Translations under genes and position numbers: made by a program | NCBI GenBank assembly: GCA_965203295.1 | Contig: CBDBCZ010000014.1 | Coordinates: 544,001-608,000 of the forward strand | Source: Nitrospirales bacterium | Lineage (GTDB): Bacteria > Nitrospirota > Nitrospiria > Nitrospirales > UBA8639 | Length of the DNA stretch: 64,000 nucleotides | Direction of reading: 5' to 3' | The notes under the pieces: generated by a model | Told to the model about the DNA's origin: nothing | The model's input: the letters and a program-made list of their open reading frames with translations, nothing else | Databases searched by the model: none | Shown here: piece by piece, positions 63,719-64,000 of the stretch | How positions within the stretch are numbered: the stretch's first letter is position 1 | How the letters are laid out: each line of letters starts with the position of its first letter

Positions 63719-64000
63719 CTGCAGAAATAGTAAAGGTGTAGTAAATAAATGTAGCCTCATACCCGGATAGACCTATTACCACCGTAGTAATGTATCTGAG
63801 ATGTATATCAGTACATATACGTATATACAATCTCATTACTACGTAGCTACACGCAAGAAGTTCCTTCCTTCATTACAGCAAGAAAAATAGGCTTCTTAGG
63901 CTTCTCTCCAGTTCAATTCAGTGACAGCTTTAGTCCTTGTTTTGTAAGGCATGGTACCATACACAGGAAGAGCAACTAAAATGTGACTTCCAATCTTTTA

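Larger units (their letters stand above)
50814..64000 (-). repeat. Right arm of giant inverted duplication (runs off the window)
   Basis: Base 64000 pairs with 34863 and 50814 with 47681; scattered SNPs and small indels plus one 365-bp insertion. Confidence 0.98.

Overview
Eukaryotic, intron-rich and TE-dense DNA from an animal; the gene and repeat families suggest a sponge or other early-branching invertebrate (inference). (1) 1-8850 (-): 5' part of a multi-exon secreted beta-helix (GGA-repeat) protein gene, whose first intron holds a dead hAT transposase, a Helitron-like insert and tRNA-bearing repeats. (2) 11.6-18 kb: a foldback minisatellite, an orphan adhesion-GPCR exon and decayed PPR/helical-repeat exons. 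(3) 18719-27059: a complete 8.3-kb IS3EU-type DNA transposon (TACGG...CCGTA TIRs, perfect CCAATT target duplication). It carries an 11-exon DDE transposase plus two opposite-strand cargo genes, a cytoplasmic Ig-domain, non-RD IRAK/Pelle-like kinase and a PWWP3/MUM1-C-like gene; all show inactivating lesions. (4) 27.5-32.2 kb: LINE RT remnant, Ginger 3' end and a complex satellite. (5) 34863-64000: a giant palindrome with arms of at least 12.8 kb and a 3.1-kb spacer, the right arm running off the window. It duplicates a CEP78 pseudogene, a tRNA-Thr-like gene and a CDC50/TMEM30 gene with a U12 intron, with arm-specific lesions and a one-arm Helitron insertion. The two ends of apparently one Ginger insertion (shared ACGG TSD) lie 17.5 kb apart, one near the palindrome's inner breakpoint. 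All calls are by eye; no searches were run.
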